A stretch of 34,263 bases of DNA from the IMG/VR virus record IMGVR_UViG_3300045825_000820, positions 1-34,263 of that record. One strand, given 5' to 3'. Below are positions 1 to 7,316 of the stretch, in pieces. This stretch comes from a virus. Its lineage: Duplodnaviria; Caudoviricetes. The position numbers and the translations under genes were made by a program. Numbering within the stretch: the first letter of the stretch is position 1; each line of letters opens with the position of its first letter. The notes beneath the pieces were generated by a model. The model saw only the letters and a program-made list of their open reading frames with translations. It did no database searches and was not told where the DNA came from.

Positions 1-219
1 AAGGTTGGTGGACAGATACGAGGCATCGCAACTGGTAAAAAACTCGCGCATGTTTCGCTGCCCCATCGCTCCCCAATACCCGACCCATGCACTACTAAAG
101 CAAGTGATCGTTATCTGCGCTTTTCCTTCGGTATAGTCCTCAATGAATACCCGGATCGGATCGAGCGCTTTAACGCCGGTGATCGTGAGCATGGGGACGG
201 TAGATTGTTTGACGTTCAT
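1..219 (-). CDS. Phage hypothetical protein (runs off left edge)
   Basis: Not in ORF track. ATG at 219 overlaps the stop of 216..467 (ATGA); frame MNVKQSTVPMLTITGVKALDPIRVFIEDYTEGKAQITITCFSSAWVGYWGAMG... is open to base 1. Confidence 0.75.
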   Translation of the reverse strand, partial: MNVKQSTVPMLTITGVKALDPIRVFIEDYTEGKAQITITCFSSAWVGYWGAMGQRNMREFFTSCDASYLSTNL

Positions 220-467
220 GCTTTGGACTCCTCTTTAACGCCACAGAATGGACAGAAGGTGTGAAACATCGCCATCTTCTCTATTTTATTTTGCCCTTCA
301 AGTTCAATTTCAAGATAATTCACCGTCCTTGATTCGCACAGTGCGTCAGTAATGGCTAGCGTGACACCACCCATGACTACCCGCTTAACTGGCCGCTTAA
401 ACGGACTGTGCTCTTTAAACTTTTCGGTCGCCCTCTTTTCGATGTCTGATACGCATGCGCATTTCAT
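216..467 (-). CDS. Phage hypothetical protein, probable Zn-binding
   Basis: CAC at N-terminus and FCPFCG at C-terminus; ATGA-coupled with GAGGTG RBS. Confidence 0.75.
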   Translation of the reverse strand: MKCACVSDIEKRATEKFKEHSPFKRPVKRVVMGGVTLAITDALCESRTVNYLEIELEGQNKIEKMAMFHTFCPFCGVKEESKA

Positions 468-877
468 GCTGTCACCTCTGCAATCTTCGCCTTGATGTCA
501 TCCTGACCCGCACAGAAACCTTTGGCGTATTGCGAATCGGGCATCACGACATTCAACATTAGCGTGAGGTCTGCGATCAATATTGATTTTCCATCAAGGC
601 AGCACAGCATCGCGGTAGCTCGATCATCTACAACGCCAGAAATTCCTTTACTCATACCCTGCGTTTCGATATTTTTAAGCATCTGTTTAAATTCACAACC
701 CCAGAACCAGCCTCCACGCGGATAGTTATAAACTCGGATTTCGTTACCGTCTTCTGTCACAGCAGAATATTCAAGATCAGAATCGGGGCGCTCAACTTTC
801 TTCCAGATAACGCCGCCGAATGAAATCTCTAACGGGACAGCCTCTATTTGTACTACTTCTATTGTCTCGGTAATCAT
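464..877 (-). CDS. Phage hypothetical protein
   Basis: 137 aa, ATGA-coupled at both ends, GAGGTG RBS. Confidence 0.75.
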   Translation of the reverse strand: MITETIEVVQIEAVPLEISFGGVIWKKVERPDSDLEYSAVTEDGNEIRVYNYPRGGWFWGCEFKQMLKNIETQGMSKGISGVVDDRATAMLCCLDGKSILIADLTLMLNVVMPDSQYAKGFCAGQDDIKAKIAEVTA

Positions 878-1242
878 GCCGTCACCTCGCTTATCAGGGC
901 ATGCGCTTCTTTTAGCGTTGCCAATTCAAATCGGGGGTGTCTGATACCATCCTCGGTAACCACCTCCAGCTTGTGTATGCAAAATAAGCCGCCCAGCGTC
1001 CAGTCACACCCTTTACCCGGCGCCGCGCCTTTTTTATGCGGCCCCGCCTTGGTAAATCGCCCGACGCAAGAAAATCCGAGGTAACGCTCAACATCATCAA
1101 ATGTTTTTCCAGCTCCTGCGGAAATTAAGCTTATGCCCGACTGTATTGTTTGGCAGATAGGGCACTTGAATGCGCAATGCTCTATGGGAACGCCTTGCGC
1201 CTTCAAAGCGTCATGAAACTCATTTAGTGTCATTGTTATCAT
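874..1242 (-). CDS. Cys-rich phage protein (VVA0879-like)
   Basis: True start is probably ATG 1242 (GAGGTG RBS, ATGA overlap). Motifs FKCPIC, GFSCVGRF, GCDWTLGGLF. Confidence 0.7.
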   Translation of the reverse strand: MITMTLNEFHDALKAQGVPIEHCAFKCPICQTIQSGISLISAGAGKTFDDVERYLGFSCVGRFTKAGPHKKGAAPGKGCDWTLGGLFCIHKLEVVTEDGIRHPRFELATLKEAHALISEVTA

Positions 1243-1463
1243 GCTGCCACCTCGCTCATAAAGAAAAACTTTTCGCCGCCTGAAGTTAAGCTGGAATCGA
1301 TAATTTTCCGTCTCTCCAAACTTGCCAATGTTCCAGATAGAGCAGGACCAGTGAGTCCGCAATATTCTGCTATGGCGCATGACTTTTGATTTCCCAATTT
1401 CTTCAATGCATCGGTAACCATTTGGCTATTAGTCATGAGATAAACGACTTTACTTTTCTTCAT
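1239..1463 (-). CDS. Small winged-HTH-like DNA-binding protein
   Basis: SCAIAEYCGLTGPALSGTLASLERRKII fits a wHTH pattern; coupled to the recombinase stop. Confidence 0.6.
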   Translation of the reverse strand: MKKSKVVYLMTNSQMVTDALKKLGNQKSCAIAEYCGLTGPALSGTLASLERRKIIDSSLTSGGEKFFFMSEVAA

Positions 1464-2116
1464 GCGCCTACCCTCCCTTCATGCATCTTCCTCAAATCCG
1501 CTATCCGTAATCTCGGCTTCGCATCGACCTCGCGCAACGCCTTTTCTACCGATTCCCGCGACTGCCGGGCGTATATCTCGGTGGAACGGATAGAACGATG
1601 CCCCAGCGCGGCCTTAGCGATGCCCAGAGGATCGTTCGAAGTAGTGCGGCGCACGATGTTCATACCTCGGGTGTGGCGAAACCAGTGCGGGCTAACGCCT
1701 TGCGGCATTCCGGCAAATTTTGCCCAGTAGGTCACACGCATCTCAAAGGCGCGCACGGTGAGCGCACTCCAGTTGCGTCCACCGCTCTTGCGCGACACAA
1801 TCAGCGCCTCGTCCAGTTCTGCATCGACACGCAGCAACAGCAGCTCGTGCAAAGCCTGGCGAACCGAAACCGTCACTAGTACCTCGTGATCGTGTTTGCG
1901 CCCCTTGCGGTACTCCTTGGGAATATAGAGATAGCCGCTCTTGAGAGCAGCGGCGGCATCGTTCACCCTCAAGCGCAGGCACTCGCCAATGCGCATGCCG
2001 GAATTAATCAGCAGATTGATTAAAGAATAATCACGCCGCGCCACATCGGTATTTGTTTGCTTGATAACAGTGAGCAACTTCTTTTGCTCATCCTCGGTCA
2101 GATATTTTTTTAACAT
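1460..2116 (-). CDS. Tyrosine recombinase, catalytic domain only (218 aa)
   Basis: SGMRIGE (R), KGRK (K), HWFRHT (HxxR), LGHRSIRSTEIY (H, Y) all present; AAGGAG RBS. Confidence 0.92.
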   Translation of the reverse strand: MLKKYLTEDEQKKLLTVIKQTNTDVARRDYSLINLLINSGMRIGECLRLRVNDAAAALKSGYLYIPKEYRKGRKHDHEVLVTVSVRQALHELLLLRVDAELDEALIVSRKSGGRNWSALTVRAFEMRVTYWAKFAGMPQGVSPHWFRHTRGMNIVRRTTSNDPLGIAKAALGHRSIRSTEIYARQSRESVEKALREVDAKPRLRIADLRKMHEGRVGA

Positions 2117-2142
2117 TTCGCTCGCTCCTTTTTGATATTGAT

Positions 2143-2337
2143 TTATGAAACCTGTGACAACAAACCCGTACTGATCGCCTGAGCCGAAGCTAGTTGCGCC
2201 TTCAGTTCTGCTACCTCGGCATCCTGTAACTGCATCACCTGGTTAGCGTGCGCCAGATGTGAAAAAAGCCGATCCCGCTCATGCTCAATTACACCTACCC
2301 TGCTAGCGAGGTTAAGCAATTCATTTTGTAAACTCAT
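2143..2337 (-). CDS. Small coiled-coil phage protein
   Basis: 64 aa with heptad pattern; ATGA-coupled to 2334..2495. Confidence 0.6.
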   Translation of the reverse strand: MSLQNELLNLASRVGVIEHERDRLFSHLAHANQVMQLQDAEVAELKAQLASAQAISTGLLSQVS

Positions 2338-2495
2338 CGCCCACCCCGCATCGGAATAGTTTTTCTGGCCAAGTTCACAGCATTGCCAAATCGATACCCT
2401 TGTTTGAGGTAGAAAGCTGTATTCGCTATCAACTCCGTTGCCCCTATAAAAGATGAAATAGTCATACGGATAACTCTGCGCAATGTAATCAACAT
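2334..2495 (-). CDS. Small phage hypothetical protein (53 aa)
   Basis: Below ORF-track cutoff. MLITLRRVIRMTISSFIGATELIANTAFYLKQGYRFGNAVNLARKTIPMRGGR exactly fills the gap, overlapping both neighbours. Confidence 0.6.
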   Translation of the reverse strand: MLITLRRVIRMTISSFIGATELIANTAFYLKQGYRFGNAVNLARKTIPMRGGR

Positions 2496-2713
2496 GCCAC
2501 CCCCTCGATCAACGCCATGGCTGAACGAATATTGCCCAGCGCGCCCTCAAAATCCTCCCGCTCGATGCGCTTCATCGCCTCGCCGGTTAACTCTTGCATG
2601 CGGCGGATGCGCACCGAACCGTTCACGCATACCACGCGCCCGCCTAATTCACGGGCAAGACGGTTAATATCTGCCAGTTTTGTTGCCGGGTGAAACCGAA
2701 TAATGTCCATCAC
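2489..2713 (-). CDS. Phage hypothetical protein
   Basis: Coupled ORF in the early operon, GAGGAG RBS. Confidence 0.65.
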   Translation of the reverse strand: MMDIIRFHPATKLADINRLARELGGRVVCVNGSVRIRRMQELTGEAMKRIEREDFEGALGNIRSAMALIEGVAC

Positions 2714-2907
2714 TTTCTCCTCTCGTTAGCCATACTCATTGCCAAGTGCTTCAAACAGATTCGGAAGTGGCGCACCTTCATCGCCTCATCAAAATCCAAC
2801 TTCAACCGACTGCGCCGCCATGCGGCACGCATCAAGTTTTCAGGCGGCTCCGTACTCTCCAGTGGTAACGCAAACTGGGGAGCGGGGGAGGTGTACTGCC
2901 TAGCCAC
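2710..2907 (-). CDS. Phage hypothetical protein
   Basis: 65 aa, overlaps the CII stop and the next start. Confidence 0.6.
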   Translation of the reverse strand: MARQYTSPAPQFALPLESTEPPENLMRAAWRRSRLKLDFDEAMKVRHFRICLKHLAMSMANERRK

Positions 2908-3361
2908 CGCCCATCTCCCTCATGCGTGCCAGTGACTCTAAAATCATCGCGATATATTCCTGCGCCTCGCTCTTGATGCGGGCAAACTCCTTTGCGTCGA
3001 TCTTGTCGTCATTGGAAAGCGACTCGTGAATCTCGTGATGAAACGAGCCGTTGCGAATCTGAATACGCATGAGGTGAACGATCAAAGCGTCTGTGGAAAG
3101 CGTAGAGAGGTCTGGCAGGTCGTGATACACGCCCCCCACCGAAGCCGCAAAGGCTTGCGCGATACGCTTATCGCCGGTGAGATTAGTGATGATGATGCAA
3201 TCGGCCAGCGTGGGCTTATGGTGGTTGCCCTCGGTCGGATTAGCCTTGTTGTACAGCACACCGGGAGACATCCCCATCTGCGCCGCCAACTTCGCCACAT
3301 CGCGATCATGTACCACCCGATAAAACGCCGCCTGCGCGTCTTGTGAGACTGACTTGCCCAT
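2900..3361 (-). CDS. Phage regulatory protein, CII/CP76-like
   Basis: LAAQMGMSPGVLYNKANP HTH and C-terminal DDKIDAKE; follows the Cro-equivalent gene; GGAGG RBS. Confidence 0.8.
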   Translation of the reverse strand: MGKSVSQDAQAAFYRVVHDRDVAKLAAQMGMSPGVLYNKANPTEGNHHKPTLADCIIITNLTGDKRIAQAFAASVGGVYHDLPDLSTLSTDALIVHLMRIQIRNGSFHHEIHESLSNDDKIDAKEFARIKSEAQEYIAMILESLARMREMGGG

Positions 3362-3453
3362 TGTTAAACCCTCCGAAAACTTAATGTTTCAATGTTGGAG
3401 GGTGAGCGGGATACTGTAGCTGCTGACAAAGCGAGCGAGTATCACGAGCACCC

Positions 3454-3487
3454 GTCCCGCACTACGGCGACAACCGTAGGGCGGGAC
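3454..3487. terminator. Stem-loop between the Cro-equivalent and CII genes (terminator or antitermination element)
   Basis: GTCCCGC-A-CTACGG [CGACAA] CCGTAG-G-GCGGGAC, 13 bp stem with one mismatch; no clear U-tract. Confidence 0.45.
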
Positions 3488-3494
3488 TACCTAT

Positions 3495-3665
3495 TTATCT
3501 TCTGGACTTGTGCCGTCCGAGGCCGAGACTTTCACTTAGCCGCTTAATGATTTCCGTATTTCGGCTACGTCCTTCCTGTGCGGATGACTCATTCAGCTTC
3601 TCTAGTACTGCCTCGGGGAATCGCACCCGAACTGACTTATCTTTTGCTGTTGCTGCAATCTTCAT
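3495..3665 (-). CDS. Arc/Mnt-family RHH protein (Cro-equivalent, 56 aa)
   Basis: VRVRFPEAVLEKLNESSAQEGRSRNTEIIKRLSESL; ATG 3665 with GAGG RBS. Confidence 0.85.
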   Translation of the reverse strand: MKIAATAKDKSVRVRFPEAVLEKLNESSAQEGRSRNTEIIKRLSESLGLGRHKSRR

Positions 3666-3678
3666 TTTTGCCTCAATG

Positions 3679-3751
3679 GTTACACTGTGAGACACACACA
3701 TTACACAGTGACACACCACATGTCAACTTATTTATGGTTACATGGTGGAAC
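3679..3751. promoter_or_regulatory. Three related 15-bp imperfect palindromes (putative operators)
   Basis: GTTACACTGTGAGAC 3679-3693, ATTACACAGTGACAC 3700-3714, GTTACATGGTGGAAC 3737-3751, between divergent RHH genes. Confidence 0.65.
3698..3726 (-). promoter_or_regulatory. sigma70 promoter for the early operon
   Basis: Minus strand TTGACA-17 nt-TAATGT, with TGTG before the -10; overlapped by the middle operator. Confidence 0.7.
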
Positions 3752-3768
3752 ATGAGAAAGCGCGAGAA

Positions 3769-4059
3769 ATGAAAGTAAGAGACATCCCACCATTTGGCAT
3801 AAGAATGCCGCCAGACCTAAAAGAACGACTCAGTAATGAGGCCAAAATAAATGGCCGAAGTTTGAATGTTGAGATCGTTCTCAGGCTAAAGCGCAGCTTT
3901 GAAAATATGGCTATTGATGAGCATCCGCGCTACACGATGGAGCACCCCGTTTCTGGTGGTTACACATCTGACATCACTGACATCGAGCGCAAGCTGCTCA
4001 CTATATTCCGTCGCATGCCCGTAGAAAAACAGCTTGCGCTGCTATCTCTTTTCAATTAA
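3769..4059 (+). CDS. Arc-family RHH repressor with C-terminal extension (CI-equivalent)
   Basis: PPFGIRMPPDLKERLSNEAKINGRSLNVEIVLRL is a classic Arc domain; C-terminal ERKLLTIFRRMP helix. Alternative start at 3742. Confidence 0.88.
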   Translation: MKVRDIPPFGIRMPPDLKERLSNEAKINGRSLNVEIVLRLKRSFENMAIDEHPRYTMEHPVSGGYTSDITDIERKLLTIFRRMPVEKQLALLSLFN

Positions 4060-4077
4060 ATAATAGAGGGAAACACT

Positions 4078-4284
4078 ATGTCGAACGAAGAAACAGTTAA
4101 GGCAATTAAAACATTGACTCATGCGCTACTTGATATAAAATGGGGAGATGAACTTCTGGGTAAGCTAAAGGAATCTGAACAGCCTAAAATTATTTTTGAT
4201 GTTATTAACGAGCACGATGCAAAGCATGTTCCAACGGTAATCCAGTCCACCTCTCAAACGAGAGAAACGTTGATAAGAAAATAA
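4078..4284 (+). CDS. Hypothetical protein (moron-like)
   Basis: GAGGG RBS, AT-rich, directly after the repressor. Confidence 0.55.
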   Translation: MSNEETVKAIKTLTHALLDIKWGDELLGKLKESEQPKIIFDVINEHDAKHVPTVIQSTSQTRETLIRK

Positions 4285-4433
4285 CTAGATTCCACCGCTT
4301 GCCCATAGAAAGCAGTTGGCTTTACTATCGCTGTTTAACTGAGGGGCGTGATGGTGACAACGACAACCTAATTCTATGTCTAATGCCCTCGTAGCAGTAG
4401 CTAGAGCGCATCATTTAAACGAAGTCTGATGAT

Positions 4434-4724
4434 ATGAAGCCAACACACATTGCAGTCGTTATCCTATTGTCCACACTAATGGGGTGTACTACGACTCAGC
4501 AGATTAAACACACCAACGGGGTAACTGAGTACTTGATTGCTTGTGGCTCCGCTCTCGGATGGAATATATGCTACGACAAAGCAAATGAAATTTGCCCATT
4601 AGGCTATACAACGCTCTCGGAATTTGCAGGGTCTGATCGCAAGGAACTGCGCATCGATTGCCCCGATGCCAACAGACAAAGACAACCGAATCCGCCAGCA
4701 ACCTCTCCCGGAACTCCACAATGA
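4434..4724 (+). CDS. Small lipoprotein with four Cys in addition to the lipobox Cys
   Basis: Signal MKPTHIAVVILLSTLMG-C (lipobox LMGC). Confidence 0.7.
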   Translation: MKPTHIAVVILLSTLMGCTTTQQIKHTNGVTEYLIACGSALGWNICYDKANEICPLGYTTLSEFAGSDRKELRIDCPDANRQRQPNPPATSPGTPQ

Positions 4725-4939
4725 GATCTATGTGGCCAAGTATCGTAGCGCCCGCAATTCATACCACCAGCAGCCTAATTGCCGGTTCAGTTAGTTTCGC
4801 TAACAGTCCAATATTGGAAAATTCAAGCATGTCGCCCTATGCGGCTACAGGGCGCAGCGGCACAGTAAGCGGCACGTTGAACTTTGTTCCATTCTAAGGC
4901 GCTAAAAATCAAGCGATAATAGCCCTGCGGCGATCAACG

Positions 4940-5239
4940 TTACTTCCCTTCAATAACCCTGTAGTTTCCGTACATGTACCAGACGTAAACGACGGTTAGT
5001 ATCCCCAGCCCCAATATCTGAGTGTCGCAATACAGCCACACCCCCAACGCGATGCTGAATATCGTTTTGATGGCAAGCGCAGCGAAAAGATTTGTTTTGC
5101 TGATCAGCCAAGCCATACGCGGATTTTTTTCATATCCGACGTGCGACGTAACGGCATAATATGTTGAGTAAAAATCAAAACACAGCAGACACAAGTACGC
5201 GATTAGTAAAATATTTAACAGCATTTGATCGTTAGTCAT
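4940..5239 (-). CDS. Small multi-pass membrane protein (DUF5658-like)
   Basis: Hydrophobic helices and a DFYSTY...GYEKNPRM pattern; GGAGG RBS. Confidence 0.65.
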   Translation of the reverse strand: MTNDQMLLNILLIAYLCLLCFDFYSTYYAVTSHVGYEKNPRMAWLISKTNLFAALAIKTIFSIALGVWLYCDTQILGLGILTVVYVWYMYGNYRVIEGK

Positions 5240-5261
5240 TTTTAGCCTCCATTGATGATAT

Positions 5262-5681
5262 TTAGAGTCCGAGTTTTGCTTTTTCAGCGCGGCCCCATGC
5301 GCGGCAATCCTCGCAGTGCTGGTTATAAACGGCGTGCTCTGGAGATGGCGCAGTGCGGATTAACTTGATTTCATCGGCCATGCTGTAGTGTGCAGATATT
5401 TGATCAGCGATTTGCTGATTAATAAAACGCACGTGAGGACTAGCCGCCTTAATATCCAGTAATTGAGATGCCGTTGGTTTCACGATTTTAATGCTGGCGG
5501 CGATTTCTTCCGGCTGATCTGTCGGGAGCTTTGCACCGTCCGGTAGACTGACGTAAGTGGTGCCGTCCGCCAGTGTAGCTAGTTCAATGCCGAGCATTTG
5601 ATGCTGATCGTCCATCGGCATGCGCAGTGTGCGTGTGATTTGAGCGTCGATATATTTTTGGTAACTGACGATAGTAATCAT
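5262..5681 (-). CDS. Protein downstream of the DGR RT; possible tail-fibre chaperone/accessory (139 aa)
   Basis: AAGGAG-7 nt-ATG at 5681, inside the 3' end of the RT gene. Function inferred from position only. Confidence 0.7.
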   Translation of the reverse strand: MITIVSYQKYIDAQITRTLRMPMDDQHQMLGIELATLADGTTYVSLPDGAKLPTDQPEEIAASIKIVKPTASQLLDIKAASPHVRFINQQIADQISAHYSMADEIKLIRTAPSPEHAVYNQHCEDCRAWGRAEKAKLGL

Positions 5682-6633
5682 AGTGAAGCTCCTTAGTAAA
5701 GTTAAGCATGTGCTGCAAAGAATGGGTATGACGTGCATGCCCGAAAATAGATGCTGCTGATTCGATATTTCCGCGCCGCATCGCTTTGCGAAAATTTCCT
5801 AAACTGTGGCGACGGATAAAACGCTTTCCTGCCCAGGTGCGATACCCGACGAAATTAATCCCACGCGAGACGGGCGCAAGGGTTGATTTAGATAATTCCA
5901 ATTTCAATTCAAAGCCGATGAACTCAACAATCAGGCGTTGATATTCAATGGCAAGTTTGCGAGATACGCCGAAAATCACGAAGTCGTCCACGTAGCGGCA
6001 ATAATTTTGCACCGCTAGCTCACGCTTAATATAGTGATCCAGCGGGTTCAAATAAATCAGCGCGAAGAGTTGCGATAGCAGGTTACCGATGGGAATGCCG
6101 ATAGGCTCTCCGTGGTCGGCAAACATCATCATAAGTTCAACAAATCGCGCATCTTTGATCTTGCGCTCGATCTGTCCACGCAAGATGCAGCGATCAATAC
6201 GATAGAAGAATTTGCGGATGTCGAGCTTGAGCGTGTAGCTGTCGCGCGGGATACGCTGCAAGGCCGCCTGTGCGTAATCAGCGGCCTTGTGCGTTCCAAG
6301 CCCGACGCGGCACGCAAACGATTGATCGATGAATCCACGTTCAAAGATGGGCGAGATCACGCGATAGATTGCGTGCTGTACCACCAAATCGCGAAACGTG
6401 GGCGCATAGATGCGGCGCGCCTTGGGTTCGTACACCATAAAGCTATAGTAAGGCCGTGGTACATAACTACCGTCGGCGAGTTCGTTGTATAGATCATCCA
6501 GATTTAACGCCAGATGTTTTTCAAAATTAAAGCAGGCGCGTTTGCCGTGCTTGTGACGTGCCGCCGCATGAAAAGCGATCAGCAACGCTTCACGGGTAAA
6601 TGCCTGTTCGTATAAATGTCCGATGCGCTTCAT
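5584..6633 (-). CDS. DGR reverse transcriptase
   Basis: LKLDIRKFF, GIPIGNLLSQ (DGR-type SQ motif), YCRYVDDF, GINFVGY; 349 aa. Confidence 0.97.
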   Translation of the reverse strand: MKRIGHLYEQAFTREALLIAFHAAARHKHGKRACFNFEKHLALNLDDLYNELADGSYVPRPYYSFMVYEPKARRIYAPTFRDLVVQHAIYRVISPIFERGFIDQSFACRVGLGTHKAADYAQAALQRIPRDSYTLKLDIRKFFYRIDRCILRGQIERKIKDARFVELMMMFADHGEPIGIPIGNLLSQLFALIYLNPLDHYIKRELAVQNYCRYVDDFVIFGVSRKLAIEYQRLIVEFIGFELKLELSKSTLAPVSRGINFVGYRTWAGKRFIRRHSLGNFRKAMRRGNIESAASIFGHARHTHSLQHMLNFTKELHYDYYRQLPKIYRRSNHTHTAHADGRSASNARH

Positions 6634-6773
6634 ATCGCCTGACTTTCGAGACGATTAATCGCCCTACCAGAAAGACGGAAGCCATCCGATTTCGCCGTGG
6701 CAAAAGCCACGCGCCGGAAAGCGTCTCCCTTGGTTCCACTTTGACCTAGCTGCAGTCTTTGAGGTGATTCCGA
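6634..6773 (-). ncRNA. DGR spacer RNA region between TR and RT
   Basis: 140 nt with hairpins CGTGGC-TTTT-GCCACG (6696-6711) and GGGCGAT-TA-ATCGTCT (6649-6664); same position as the BPP-1 spacer needed for cDNA priming. Confidence 0.65.
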
Positions 6774-6887
6774 GTCCGAGCGAAAGCCCACGTTGTTGTT
6801 CGTGTTGCCCCGCACATTGTTGAGATTCAACGCCCACACCCCCGCGCTCGCACCATTGCTCCAGTTGTACGCAGCGATCGGGCACAT
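6774..6887 (-). repeat. DGR template repeat (TR)
   Basis: 114 nt, ungapped match to 7329-7442; nine AAY codons, 25 adenines. Confidence 0.97.
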
Positions 6888-6888
6888 A

Positions 6889-7299
6889 TTAAGACGCCTC
6901 CCGTTTATCAAGCTGCCGCTCGGCAATAATCCATCCGCCGAGCATTCTGCCTAATTCGTCCACCAGCCGAGAGAGCGCAAGGTAACGATGCTCGCCCTGT
7001 TCGACCGGTGATTTCTCTACGCGTTTTCCGTCCTTGAATTCGAAATAGCCCAGCGTGTACGCTAAGCGAATCAGCATCCGTAACTGTTCATGCCGAATAT
7101 CCAGATTAGAAAGCGCAGTTTTTTTGTGAAAACGCTTTTGGCCTTCCACGATGAAGCCGTAAGTTTCATAAGCTGCGCGCCGAATTTCCAGCGCGAGTCC
7201 GTACTTTTCATGGTTCGGAAAATGATTGAGATGAATATTCATCAGCTTTGCGAATTCCATAAATTTCTGATCCAGCTTCGCTTCATCGTGTAGGCCCAT
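6889..7299 (-). CDS. avd: DGR accessory variability determinant (four-helix bundle)
   Basis: FPNHEKYGLALEIR, LDIRHEQLRMLIRLA, ELGRMLGGW; lies between VR and TR. Confidence 0.93.
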   Translation of the reverse strand: MGLHDEAKLDQKFMEFAKLMNIHLNHFPNHEKYGLALEIRRAAYETYGFIVEGQKRFHKKTALSNLDIRHEQLRMLIRLAYTLGYFEFKDGKRVEKSPVEQGEHRYLALSRLVDELGRMLGGWIIAERQLDKREAS

Positions 7300-7315
7300 C
7301 GCTATCGCTCAGGCC
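7293..7315 (-). other. Imperfect hairpin downstream of VR/IMH (DGR target-recognition element)
   Basis: GGCCTGAGC-GATA-GCGATGGGCC beginning 1 nt after the target stop; the loop fits the GRNA pattern. Confidence 0.55.
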
Positions 7316-7316
7316 G

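Noticed and set aside
3690-3720. AC-rich tract as a phase-variable microsatellite
   Set aside because: Only about four perfect units, explained by overlapping operators and promoter.
4658-4897. 79-aa plus-strand ORF (or 58 aa from ATG 4721)
   Set aside because: No recognisable features or RBS; the ATGA overlap with the lipoprotein stop leaves it possible but unsupported.
5584-6633. RT as group II intron, retron or Abi RT
   Set aside because: SQ motif, adjacent avd and the A-specific TR/VR pair identify a DGR; no retron VTG motif seen.
6630-6926. 98-aa ORF resembling the target C-terminus
   Set aside because: It is the TR read in the VR frame plus spacer; TRs are naturally stop-free and no RBS is evident.
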